In this document: piece by piece, positions 1 to 8,962 of the stretch | Layout of the letters: each line of letters opens with the position of its first letter | How positions within the stretch are numbered: the first letter of the stretch is position 1 | NCBI GenBank assembly: GCA_046262195.1 | Contig: JBHENG010000004.1 | Span: forward strand, 1 to 61,361 | From: Pyrinomonadaceae bacterium | GTDB lineage: Bacteria > Acidobacteriota > Blastocatellia > Pyrinomonadales > Pyrinomonadaceae | Direction of reading: 5' to 3' | Length of the DNA: 61,361 nt | Translations under genes and position numbers: made by a program | Notes under the pieces: generated by a model | Told to the model about the DNA's origin: nothing | The model's input: only the letters and a program-made list of their open reading frames with translations | Databases searched by the model: none

Positions 1-21
1 GGAATTTTCGTGCGACAAACA

Positions 22-813
22 TTAACCCAACGCGTCCAGACACTCCATGAGGCTCCGCTGGCGGCAGGTATAGATTGGCATCCCGCGCAGCGTATATTTA
101 CTGGCCGGGGTCTGGCGCAGCTCTTCAGCCAGGGCAAGAAAATCTTTCGGCTCGTCGGTCTCGAAGGAGATCAGGTACTCGTGCTCGTTGAAACCAAACG
201 CGTGCGTCAAATGTATCTTTATATTGGGAAATTTTTGCCCTACCATAAAGTTTTCTTCGATCATTCCGTCTCGCTCTTCAGCCGGTATGCGGTACCAGTC
301 CTTGTGCTTGGCCCACGGGTAAACGAAATGATACTTTGCCGTGCCCGCCGCAACCTTATGCCGGTCGGCGTTTTCACCGTCGACGAACATCATTCGTTTA
401 GTGATGGAAAGGTAATTGTCGGTCGTTTCGATAAAGCTGCCAAGGTTGGTGCGATAAAGCTTGGCGGTCATGTCCTGGACGAGGTCCAGCGACTCGCCCA
501 CACGCCAGATCATCAGATCCGCCTTGGAGTCGAAACCTACCAGCGAATATGTGTAAAGGAGAAAATCGTCGCGGAACCTATCGAAAACCTTCTGAAACTC
601 AGTCTTGAACGCGCTTTTCGTCTTGCTGCTCAGTTTCCTCCATTCGGGATTTATGCGGAGGAACATAAAATTGACGAACTGCTTATCGACGACCGCGAAT
701 TCCGGCACATCGTCGTTGTCGGAGACAAGCCTCAACGCCGGCTCGGTTTCTTTTTGAAAATTCAGAACGTCTTTTGTCATCCCCGCGTGGTCGGTCTGCC
801 AACTGCGTGCCAA
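22..813 (-). CDS. chlorite dismutase-family protein, probably coproheme decarboxylase (HemQ/ChdC-like)
   Basis: 263-aa ORF. Length and sequence character (..HFVYPWAKHKDWY.., ..IKIHLTHAFGFNEHEY..) match my recollection of the Cld/HemQ family. No search was run. Confidence 0.65.
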   Translation of the reverse strand: MARSWQTDHAGMTKDVLNFQKETEPALRLVSDNDDVPEFAVVDKQFVNFMFLRINPEWRKLSSKTKSAFKTEFQKVFDRFRDDFLLYTYSLVGFDSKADLMIWRVGESLDLVQDMTAKLYRTNLGSFIETTDNYLSITKRMMFVDGENADRHKVAAGTAKYHFVYPWAKHKDWYRIPAEERDGMIEENFMVGQKFPNIKIHLTHAFGFNEHEYLISFETDEPKDFLALAEELRQTPASKYTLRGMPIYTCRQRSLMECLDALG

Positions 814-891
814 CTAATTTTGCAAGTTTACCGTTGGATGTGCAAATCAATGAGCTCCCCTGATAATCCCAAAAGATTTACAAAAGAAAAT

Positions 892-1776
892 ATGCGTGTA
901 AGAATTGCTCTGATGCAAAGGCTCTTCTGCTGTCTTGTTTTGATGCTCTCGGCCTGGGTGGCGATCTCTGCCCAGCAGAGGCCCCTGCTCACGGATGATG
1001 TTGACATCACGCCGGCGGGCTCCATCGAAATAGGTGCCGGCGTCGATTTTTTTCAGAACGCTAAATTTCCTCTCTCGGGTATACGAGGAGATCTTACCCG
1101 CGTTGGCGACATTCGGCTGAAAACGGGGTTTTCGTCCAACGTGGAGCTGCAGATCGAGGGGACCATTCAGAGCTATGTTGCGATCAACTCCCGCACGCCT
1201 TCGGCTATACCTCTCACCGTTTCGGGAAACTCTACCAACGATTTCGACGATATTACCGTCTCGGCGAAAGTAAAGTTGCGGAACGAGACCAGGCTGCTGC
1301 CCGCGTTAGGGCTGAAATTTGGGTTTCAGATGCCAAATACAGATCAGGCCCGGGGAATAGGTACGAATCAGATCAATATCTTTTCAAAGGTGTTGGTGCA
1401 GAAAAAATTTGGCACGGTCGCTGGCCGCACACCGCGTTTCAACGCGATGGGCAACATCGGTCTTGGCATCATGACGGCCCCTCTCGAACGCTTTACCCAG
1501 AATGATGTACTCCTGTACGGCCTCGCCGGAATTTACCGGCTCACCGACCGGATCAATGTTGTGAGTGAGGTAAACGGCCGGGTGAATACCCGCGGCGGTG
1601 GCGCACCCCTGGGCACAGAAAGCGTGGGGCAGTTTCGCCTCGGGGCACAGTTCAGGACGTCGGGCTTGAGGTTTGATACGGCTGCCGCTTTTGGCCTCAC
1701 GAAATATAGTCCCCGATCGGGTGTCATTTTCGGCGTGACCTATCAATCGCCGTCAATATTTACTCCGGCAAAGTGA
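892..1776 (+). CDS. outer-membrane beta-barrel protein with signal peptide
   Basis: This is the in-frame ATG at 892 inside track ORF 10..1776. The N-terminus MRVRIALMQRLFCCLVLMLSAWVAISAQQ looks like a signal peptide. The rest shows an alternating hydrophobic pattern rich in G/S/N/T, typical of beta-barrels. The part of the track ORF upstream of 892 is antisense to the HemQ-like gene. Confidence 0.55.
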   Translation: MRVRIALMQRLFCCLVLMLSAWVAISAQQRPLLTDDVDITPAGSIEIGAGVDFFQNAKFPLSGIRGDLTRVGDIRLKTGFSSNVELQIEGTIQSYVAINSRTPSAIPLTVSGNSTNDFDDITVSAKVKLRNETRLLPALGLKFGFQMPNTDQARGIGTNQINIFSKVLVQKKFGTVAGRTPRFNAMGNIGLGIMTAPLERFTQNDVLLYGLAGIYRLTDRINVVSEVNGRVNTRGGGAPLGTESVGQFRLGAQFRTSGLRFDTAAAFGLTKYSPRSGVIFGVTYQSPSIFTPAK

Positions 1777-2595
1777 TCAGATATTGATAGGCGAATGGCC
1801 CTCGCCGAGGCCGGGTGCGCTGCGAATGGCATCGTTAACAAACTGTTTGGCGTTTCTAACTGATTTTTCTAATGTATTTCCCCAGGCCAGATTTGCCGTT
1901 ATGGCCGCTGCCAATGCGCATCCGGTACCGTGCGTCGCCTTGGTGTCGATCCAGTCGGCCTCTAGTATCGTCAGATTGCCGTTGATGAACAGATAGTCTT
2001 TAGCTTTTGGTTCTTTGACAATTTGATTTCCCTTTTCAAATGCATGGCCGCCTTTGATCAGCACATTTCTCGCTCCCATCTCGTGCATCAGCTCCGCAGC
2101 ACGCATTATTCCGGGCTCGTCCTTGATCTCGCTCTTTGAGATACGTTCAGCCTCGGGTATGTTCGGGGTAATCAGCGCCGCTAGTCTGAATAGGTGGGTG
2201 ACCAGAGCTTCGAGGGCCTGGTCATCTATCAGATCAAAGCCGGTTGTCGAGCGTACGACCGGGTCCACGATCATGTTACATATGCCCCTTTCCGTGATGA
2301 TGGCGGCAACTTCCTCGATGATGTCCCGGGTGGGCAGCATGCCCGTTTTCATCGCGGCGACCTGATAATCGTCAAATACGGGCTCCACCTGCCGTCTCAC
2401 GGCATCTGCCGTCTGGTGATCGGCGCCGAAAACACCGACGGTGTTCTGATAGGTCAGCGAGGTGACCGCCGCGGTTGCGAAGCAGCCCAGCCTGGTAAAG
2501 GTTTTGACATCGGCGATGATCCCGGCCCCTCCTGACGGATCGAGGCCCGCGATGGTAAGACAAACGGGCGGCGGTGCTTTGTCAGTTTGGTTCAT
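1777..2595 (-). CDS. thiD: hydroxymethylpyrimidine/phosphomethylpyrimidine kinase
   Basis: Motif LTIAGLDPSGGAGIIADVKTF and C-terminal THGTGCALAAAI are typical ThiD. I moved the start to the internal ATG at 2595 (MNQTDK..). It overlaps the thiE stop by 14 nt. Confidence 0.85.
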   Translation of the reverse strand: MNQTDKAPPPVCLTIAGLDPSGGAGIIADVKTFTRLGCFATAAVTSLTYQNTVGVFGADHQTADAVRRQVEPVFDDYQVAAMKTGMLPTRDIIEEVAAIITERGICNMIVDPVVRSTTGFDLIDDQALEALVTHLFRLAALITPNIPEAERISKSEIKDEPGIMRAAELMHEMGARNVLIKGGHAFEKGNQIVKEPKAKDYLFINGNLTILEADWIDTKATHGTGCALAAAITANLAWGNTLEKSVRNAKQFVNDAIRSAPGLGEGHSPINI

Positions 2596-3232
2596 TTCGG
2601 ATCTTCTGGATGATCGAACGCATGGATCGAGGTTCGTTGAATGCTCGTATTCCAGCGACACCTGATGCCCCGGCTTGAAGAACACTTTGCACGTTGGTCT
2701 CATCGATGCCGCCCAGAGCTATCACAGGAAAAGGTCCCAGGCGCTCACACACCAAGCTTAACTCCGAAAGCCTCGTGGTCTGACTCTTACCAGGGGTTGG
2801 GAAAACTGGCCCAAAGGTAACGAAGTTAGCACCGGAATTTGATGCAATAACCGCTTCGTCCAAGTGGTGGCACGAAACGCCGATGATAAGATCGCCTGAA
2901 AACACCTCTCTAACGATCTCAGGGGGCAGCCCGGTAGCCGGTAGGTGGACCCCATGAGCCCCGGCAGCCAAGGCGACATCCGGGCGATCATTCACCAACA
3001 ACAATGTGGATGAGCCGCGTACTATATCAACACATTTCGTTGTTATCTCGTAAAGTAGCCTGGCTGAGAGATGCTTTTCACGGAGCTGGAAAAGCGTGAC
3101 CTTTTCAGAAACCGCAAACCGGACGATGTTTAGTAGTTGTTCAGGGTCTGATGTGATTGTCTCGTCGGTTGCGGTTCCCGCACTTATCGCATACGTGGCG
3201 AGTCGCGGTTCACGGTCGGTCACTCTTCTCAT
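2582..3232 (-). CDS. thiE: thiamine-phosphate synthase
   Basis: 216 aa. Motifs LFQLREKHL.., VNDRPDVALAAGAHGVHL and IALGGI are typical ThiE. It sits directly upstream of thiD. Confidence 0.85.
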   Translation of the reverse strand: MRRVTDREPRLATYAISAGTATDETITSDPEQLLNIVRFAVSEKVTLFQLREKHLSARLLYEITTKCVDIVRGSSTLLLVNDRPDVALAAGAHGVHLPATGLPPEIVREVFSGDLIIGVSCHHLDEAVIASNSGANFVTFGPVFPTPGKSQTTRLSELSLVCERLGPFPVIALGGIDETNVQSVLQAGASGVAGIRAFNEPRSMRSIIQKIRNEPN

Positions 3233-3506
3233 TCCCCTGCAGCATTTTCACGCTCTGGCTAAAGTGTGCCATTTCCCAGAACGCGATAAGAAGATTGAGG
3301 ACACCAAGCCCCGTAACGGCCCCGCGAAACCAGGTCGAGGCCACCGCCTTCTGAAGTATCGGAGCTCCTGTTTTATCGGACAGAAATACGAGGAGGTAAT
3401 TTTCGCCCCACGGACCGAACAAAGCATCCCACGGTGAAAGGATCAGGTAAAAGCCCAGTAACAGACACAGGATAATAAAAAAAATGACGGTAAGGCGTTC
3501 TACCAT
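3210..3506 (-). CDS. small two-pass membrane protein, unknown function
   Basis: 98 aa with two hydrophobic helices (VIFFIILCLLLGFYLILSPW; GAVTGLGVLNLLIAFW). It overlaps the thiE start by 23 nt. Confidence 0.5.
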   Translation of the reverse strand: MVERLTVIFFIILCLLLGFYLILSPWDALFGPWGENYLLVFLSDKTGAPILQKAVASTWFRGAVTGLGVLNLLIAFWEMAHFSQSVKMLQGNEKSDRP

Positions 3507-3556
3507 ACCGTCAAATTATAACTTGTTGCCGGATTTGCGACCAACCAGGGCTGGCG

Positions 3557-5602
3557 CTACGACTTGCCGACGAGGTTCTTCACCCGATCAGAAACGTCAC
3601 GAAAATCTACGTCTTCAGCATATATTTTCTCAAAATAGCGGGCCGCACTTTCATCGTCGCCATGTGCCGAATATGCGAGTGCGAGCTCGTACCATAATCC
3701 GTGGTACTCCTCATCGGAGATGCCGTCGGTTTCGAGAGCACGGTTGAACCAGGTAACAGCATGGCTCGCATTGCCGTTTTGCAGGAAGCAGTGTCCAAGC
3801 AGATTTGAACAATAAAAGAAACGCCTCGATCCGTCATTCGGCGACGTACAATTGATCGCCTCCTGGAATTCGCGTATGGCCTCTTCGGTCAAACCCATTT
3901 CCTGATACGCAACGGCCGTATTGTAATGAGTTTCGTAATCTCCGTCGCTGACATCATCTGCCAAGCCAAATTCTGACCGGATCTCCTCAATCCCCAGAGC
4001 ATTGCCTTTGACAGATACGCCAGCAGCCGCGGGACTATGTAGTGCCGGCTCCAGCCCGATCCTCTTCCGAAGCGCGGAGAACTCGGGCCGATCTCCAAAC
4101 TGATCAGTTAGATCGGTGAGCGCCTTCTCAGCCAGGTCATTGTAATCATTCTCGATATAGAAGGTGACGCTTTCAATCTCTTTCTGGATTGTCTGTTCAT
4201 CGGAAAGCGACAAACCATCAGGCGTCCCCGTTTGGGAGATCTCAAAACCAGACTCGCTCTCTACTACCTGCACATTGACGGCGTGGCCGTTGTGCTCTAG
4301 GCTAAAAGCATTTTCCTCGTCATTTGGATCTGTCGCAATTGAGGTTACATACTCATCGCCGACTACGTTGTTACTGTTAACCACGAACTGTGACCTAAGC
4401 ACGTCCTCGTCAACTTCTACGTCTTCAAAGCCATGCTCGGCATTGATCTCGTCGAGCCGTTCACGAAACTTCGTCTCATACGGCCTTACCACTACCAATT
4501 GTGAAAGGGCAAAGCGCTCGTCTTCAACGGACTCTGTGATAGATGCCGCGGCATATAACCTTTCCAGGGCGGAAACAAAACCACTCTCATCTTTAAGCCA
4601 TGAGGTATATCGGATCAACAGTCTAAGACCCGACAAATGGCATGGATCCCGTTCGAGCACTTCGTTGATCCAGTTACCGCACTCGTCAGACTGACCGCCT
4701 GCCAGCAGATACTCAGTCGACATGGTAAGAACTCTCGCGGCTGAGTCAATGTCGTTACTATTGAGATAGATCCGTATCAGTTCGAGGAATCTTGGGTAAT
4801 TAGCGGGTTCGATCTCTACCAATCTAACGACAGCCTTTTCGGCACCCGCGGCGTTGTTTGAGTCGATGCAGCACTCGATCATGAGATAGAGAACGTCCCG
4901 ATTATATGGTTCGTTCTCCAGGATCTCTTCGAGCAATGATTCCGCTTTACCGGCTCTCCCCATCGCCGTGTGAGCTTTGACCAATCCGTTGAGGATCCGA
5001 AGGTCGTTTGACCGGATGCTGAAGCCTTTCATCAAAGCGCGGATTGCATCTTCGTGCTTGGTCTGCCGGCTAAATCTTGCGGCGGCTTCAGCATATGACT
5101 CGACGGCGTCGTCGTTTTGGCCTTCCCGTAGGTATGAGTCAGCCAAATTTAGGCAAACATCAGTATTGTTCGGATCAAGCAGGGCGATTTGCTTATACAT
5201 GGCCAGTGCATCAAGCTGGCGGCCGCCTTTCTGGTAATGCTCGGCCAAGGTGGCATAATGTGCCCGAGCTTCCGCAAGTGACCCTTTCCCCTTATGCAAT
5301 TCAGCCAACTTTGCGGAAACCTCGATCGAATCCGGCTGAATGCGGGAGACTTTGTTATAAACAGCGATCGCCTTCTGGGAAAATCCTTGCGCGTTGTAGT
5401 GGTCGGCGACCTGAAGATAACATTCGACAGCATCTTTCTTCTCTGCGCTTTTCGCATACAGGTCCCCAAGCATGTTTAAAGTAGCAATGTCACGCGGGTC
5501 GTTTTCCACGACCATGCGGTACTCTGCTATGGCGGAGCGTATCTTGCCTTGGGCGACGAAACGCTCGGCATTTCGCATCGCTTTTGCTTTATCGAAACTC
5601 AT
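3557..5602 (-). CDS. tetratricopeptide-repeat protein
   Basis: 681 aa. TPR-like A/Y/L periodicity is repeated at both the N- and C-termini, with an acidic linker in the middle. No catalytic motif was seen. Confidence 0.7.
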   Translation of the reverse strand: MSFDKAKAMRNAERFVAQGKIRSAIAEYRMVVENDPRDIATLNMLGDLYAKSAEKKDAVECYLQVADHYNAQGFSQKAIAVYNKVSRIQPDSIEVSAKLAELHKGKGSLAEARAHYATLAEHYQKGGRQLDALAMYKQIALLDPNNTDVCLNLADSYLREGQNDDAVESYAEAAARFSRQTKHEDAIRALMKGFSIRSNDLRILNGLVKAHTAMGRAGKAESLLEEILENEPYNRDVLYLMIECCIDSNNAAGAEKAVVRLVEIEPANYPRFLELIRIYLNSNDIDSAARVLTMSTEYLLAGGQSDECGNWINEVLERDPCHLSGLRLLIRYTSWLKDESGFVSALERLYAAASITESVEDERFALSQLVVVRPYETKFRERLDEINAEHGFEDVEVDEDVLRSQFVVNSNNVVGDEYVTSIATDPNDEENAFSLEHNGHAVNVQVVESESGFEISQTGTPDGLSLSDEQTIQKEIESVTFYIENDYNDLAEKALTDLTDQFGDRPEFSALRKRIGLEPALHSPAAAGVSVKGNALGIEEIRSEFGLADDVSDGDYETHYNTAVAYQEMGLTEEAIREFQEAINCTSPNDGSRRFFYCSNLLGHCFLQNGNASHAVTWFNRALETDGISDEEYHGLWYELALAYSAHGDDESAARYFEKIYAEDVDFRDVSDRVKNLVGKS

Positions 5603-5824
5603 TATACTTTGGGACAGGGAACAGTAGCGATCTATCGCGCACGCCGTCAGATCACAATTTGGAAGGGGTGCACGGGCTGAACCAAAACCCGCATATTCAA
5701 TTTATCACCCCGCCCGCAGACTGTCAATCGTTTTTGCCGATGTTGCTCATTGTAAAACAGTCTAGGAACAACTTTTGATTTTTACGAGTGGTTTTCTTAG
5801 TCTTGGACTTTATTTAGCGATGAT

Positions 5825-6865
5825 ATGCAAGCACTCATACTAGCCGGTGGAAAAGGCACGCGACTGCGGCCACTCACGGTTTATACACCGAAGCCTGTCG
5901 TGCCCATCATGAATAGGCCCCTCCTTCTTTACCAGATCGATGTTTTGCGAAAGGCGGGAATAACTGATGTCACACTATCGCTCAGTTATCAACCCGATAA
6001 AATCGAGCAGATAGTGGGGAGCGGTTCTGACATGGGCGTTAACCTACGATACATCACTGAGTCGAGTCCGATGGGTACTGGAGGCGCATATCGTTTCGCC
6101 CTCGAGGGTTCAAAGCAAACCACCGTAGTTTTTAACGGGGACATTTTAACTACCCTGGATGTCAATAAGCTTTTGGAATTTCATTTATCCAAAAAGGCCG
6201 CGGCCACCATGGCCGTCGTAGCGGTTGATGATCCTGCTATCTACGGCGTCGCTCAGGTTGATGCGTCGGATGCCGTGACACGATTTATTGAAAAGCCGGG
6301 GCCAGATGACCTGCCTGGCTTGCACGTTGACACCATCAATGCGGGAATCTATGTACTGGAGCCGGATATCCTTGAAGCCATACCACCCAATACAAACCAG
6401 TCATTTGAGTACGATATCTTTCCCGGTCTTCTCCGGGACGGCGGGCGTTTCTTCGGCTACACCATAACAAAGGATTACTGGACAGACATTGGAACACCCG
6501 ACAGTTATCTAGCTGCCCACCATGATTTCTTAGCCGGAAAAATCAAGGGTTTTGATATCGAAGCCGTCGTAAAATCGGATGTTGCAACCCGTGCAGAGAT
6601 AGATAATAAATCATTAATCGGCCCTGGCTGCACCATCAAGTCTGGGGCGCGGATCGTTAACTCAGTGATTGGAGCAGGCGTTCATATCGAAGAAAAAGCC
6701 ATTATTGAGAATTCAGTTGTATGGACCCATGGCCGCATCTCGGCCGGGGCCGAGGTCCGAAATTCGGTATTGGGTCGTAGCTGTCATATTGGTCGAAACG
6801 CGACCGTCGGCGCAGGATCAGTGCTCGGGGATAAGACGACTTTGACGGACTATACGTGCGTCTAG
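5825..6865 (+). CDS. NDP-sugar pyrophosphorylase (sugar-1-phosphate nucleotidyltransferase) with C-terminal left-handed beta-helix
   Basis: N-terminal LILAGGKGTRLRPLT signature. The C-terminus has hexapeptide repeats (IGPGCTI, IVNSVIGAGVHI..). Confidence 0.8.
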   Translation: MQALILAGGKGTRLRPLTVYTPKPVVPIMNRPLLLYQIDVLRKAGITDVTLSLSYQPDKIEQIVGSGSDMGVNLRYITESSPMGTGGAYRFALEGSKQTTVVFNGDILTTLDVNKLLEFHLSKKAAATMAVVAVDDPAIYGVAQVDASDAVTRFIEKPGPDDLPGLHVDTINAGIYVLEPDILEAIPPNTNQSFEYDIFPGLLRDGGRFFGYTITKDYWTDIGTPDSYLAAHHDFLAGKIKGFDIEAVVKSDVATRAEIDNKSLIGPGCTIKSGARIVNSVIGAGVHIEEKAIIENSVVWTHGRISAGAEVRNSVLGRSCHIGRNATVGAGSVLGDKTTLTDYTCV

Positions 6866-6925
6866 ATGCCTCCACTGCCGGCTTGAAGCAAACGGCAAGC
6901 CCGGCAAATTCATATTGGCAAAGGC

Positions 6926-6954
6926 TTGACACAAAACGCTTGAAAGCACATTAT
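6926..6954 (+). promoter_or_regulatory. candidate sigma70 promoter (TTGACA-17 nt-CATTAT)
   Basis: TTGACA at 6926-6931 and CATTAT at 6949-6954, with a 17-nt spacer. It lies about 120 nt upstream of the ATG at 7073. Confidence 0.4.
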
Positions 6955-7072
6955 CTTAGCTAATCTCGTGGTGAGTTAATGCGCGACTTGCGACCACGTT
7001 AAATAAACTGCTAAACAGCTCACAGACAACTCATTATTGAAAGTCTCGCTGTTTGGCGAGGCTTTTTGTTTT
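6955..7072 (+). promoter_or_regulatory. structured 5' leader, candidate riboswitch or attenuator for the Hcy-methyltransferase/MTHFR gene
   Basis: Stem CGTGGT (6967-6972) pairs with ACCACG (6993-6998), with an inner CGC/GCG helix. An A-rich tail TTAAATAAACTGCTAAAC follows. A second hairpin CTCGC(7045-7049)/GCGAG(7056-7060) contains the only SD-like GGCGAGG and is followed by a T-run that ends at the ATG. Confidence 0.3.
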
Positions 7073-8962
7073 ATGAAAGACTTTCGCGAATTACTCGATG
7101 GTGATGGCGTCTACGTTTTTGATGGGGCGGTCGGTACCCGCCTCTATGATAAAGGCATTTATATTAACCGCAGTTATGACGAGTTAAATATCGCCGCACC
7201 GGACCTCGTGCGAGAAGTCCACGAGGAATATGTCGCTGCCGGGGCCGACATCATCGAAACAAATTCATTTGGAGCCACTCGCCATAAGCTGCAGCCCTAT
7301 GGACTTGAGAACAAAATTCGAGAGATAAATATTGCGGCTGCAAAAATAGCCCGGCAAGCTGCTGGAGATAAAGCATACGTAGCCGGGGCGATCGGCCCGT
7401 TGGGACTCCGCATAGAGCCGTATGGTCCTACGTCATTCGACGAAGCTAAAGATATGTTCAAAGAACAGGTCGAGGGACTGCTCGACGGCGGCGTCGACCT
7501 CTTTGTTCTTGAAACATTCTCGGAGCTCGAGGCGATTGAGCAGGCAATACGGGCTGTTCGTGAGCTAACCGACATTCCCATCGTGGCTCAGATGGCCATC
7601 CAGATGGATGGGAAAACAGTTTTTGGCACCTCGCCTGAGACCTTCACAACTAGGCTCGACCAGCTGCCGGTCGAAACGATCGGTCTTAACTGTGGAATGG
7701 GTCCGAATCATGTCCTCAACGCTCTGGAGAAAATGAGGTCAGTAACTGACAAGAAACTATCCGCCCAACCAAACGCCGGGCTGCCGCGCGACGTCCAGGG
7801 GCGGCAGTTTTACATGGGCTCGCCCGAGTACATGGCCACCTTTGCTAAAAGGTTCGTCCAGGCAGGGGCAAAGTTCGTTGGCGGTTGCTGTGGCACGACC
7901 CCGACGCACATAAAGCTGATAGCTGATGCCATTCGGTCGATCAGCCCGCGACAGAGTAAGGTTTTCGCGCGGTCCGAACCGATAGCTCTGGTGGAACTCA
8001 AGCCCGCTGATGTAAGTGTTGTCCCTGCCGAAGAGCGGTCGAACTGGTCCGGCAAAATAGCGCGGGGTGAGTTTGTCACGTCTGTTGAAGTTCTGCCTCC
8101 AAAGGGATGTGATGCTCAAAAGACTCTTGACTCGATTCGTTTGCTTAAAGAGGCCGGTGTAGATGGTGTCAATATCCCGGACGGCCCACGGGCTCAAACT
8201 CGTATGTCCGCGCAGGCTACGGCCGTGCTTGTCGAACGTGAGATAGGTATAGAGGCAGTGCTCCATTATTGCTGCCGTGATAGAAACCTTTTGGGTATGA
8301 TGTCGGACCTGCTTGGAGCTGCCGCCCTTGGTTTGCGTAATCTTCTTGTTATTACTGGAGATCCGCCAAAGATGGGCCCATATCCTGATGCGACCGCTGT
8401 TTTCGATATTGATGCGATCGGCCTGACCAATATGGTTAACAAGCTCAACCATGGGCTCGACTTGGGAAACAACCCCATCGGCCGCCCAACCGCGTTTTCG
8501 ATCGGCGTGGGAGTTAATCCCGGGGCCGTCAACATGGAGGAGGAGATCAGACGATTTGAATGGAAGGTTGAAGCCGGCGCCGAGTATGCGATCACGCAGC
8601 CAGTGTTTGATACAGCTCAACTAAAAACGTTTTTGGGCTTGATAGAACATGTGCGGATACCAATAGTCGCCGGCATATGGCCGCTGGTAAGTTTCCGCAA
8701 CGCAGAGTTCTTGCATAATGAGGTTCCCGGAGTAGAAGTGACGCCGGAAATACTGGAACGTATGCGGGTTGCGTCGGAGAAGGGAAAAGACGACGCTCGG
8801 CAGGAAGGAATAGACATCGCTAGAGAATCACTATTGGAAGTACGTGATGTGATTCAGGGGGTGCAGGTCTCGGCGCCCTTTGGCAACGTTAAATACGCGT
8901 TACAGGTCTTTGAGGCTTTGAAAGGTCCGGATGTTTTGTCATCAGCTCTATCAGAGCACTAG
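7073..8962 (+). CDS. bifunctional homocysteine S-methyltransferase-domain / 5,10-methylenetetrahydrofolate reductase fusion protein
   Basis: The N-terminal ~300 aa carry Hcy-binding domain marks (ETNSFGA, GLNCG, GGCCGTTP). The C-terminal ~300 aa look like MTHFR (..LHYCCRDRN.., ..ITGDPP.., ..AEYAITQPVFD..). I preferred the ATG at 7073 over the track's TTG at 7037. Confidence 0.8.
   Translation: MKDFRELLDGDGVYVFDGAVGTRLYDKGIYINRSYDELNIAAPDLVREVHEEYVAAGADIIETNSFGATRHKLQPYGLENKIREINIAAAKIARQAAGDKAYVAGAIGPLGLRIEPYGPTSFDEAKDMFKEQVEGLLDGGVDLFVLETFSELEAIEQAIRAVRELTDIPIVAQMAIQMDGKTVFGTSPETFTTRLDQLPVETIGLNCGMGPNHVLNALEKMRSVTDKKLSAQPNAGLPRDVQGRQFYMGSPEYMATFAKRFVQAGAKFVGGCCGTTPTHIKLIADAIRSISPRQSKVFARSEPIALVELKPADVSVVPAEERSNWSGKIARGEFVTSVEVLPPKGCDAQKTLDSIRLLKEAGVDGVNIPDGPRAQTRMSAQATAVLVEREIGIEAVLHYCCRDRNLLGMMSDLLGAAALGLRNLLVITGDPPKMGPYPDATAVFDIDAIGLTNMVNKLNHGLDLGNNPIGRPTAFSIGVGVNPGAVNMEEEIRRFEWKVEAGAEYAITQPVFDTAQLKTFLGLIEHVRIPIVAGIWPLVSFRNAEFLHNEVPGVEVTPEILERMRVASEKGKDDARQEGIDIARESLLEVRDVIQGVQVSAPFGNVKYALQVFEALKGPDVLSSALSEH

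Noticed and set aside
10-891. The 5' two-thirds of the 588-aa plus-strand track ORF.
   Set aside because: It is the codon-aligned antisense frame of the HemQ-like gene (22-813). It has no protein-like features, and a clean signal peptide begins at the internal ATG at 892. Only 892-1776 is kept.
3233-3556. Possible TPP (THI-box) riboswitch upstream of thiE-thiD.
   Set aside because: The space is occupied by a small membrane-protein ORF. No CUGAGA...ACCUGAUCUGGAUAAUGCCAGCG-like core is visible on the minus strand.
7757-8620. A 287-aa minus-strand ORF inside the Hcy-MT/MTHFR gene. Similar long antisense ORFs occur at 10964-11734 (in glmS), 20161-20787 (in the CHAT gene), 39319-39906 (in dacB) and 44777-45343.
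   Set aside because: All lie fully inside confidently assigned genes on the opposite strand. Their composition is Arg/Gly/Ser/Pro-rich and low in complexity. They are typical stop-poor antisense frames.
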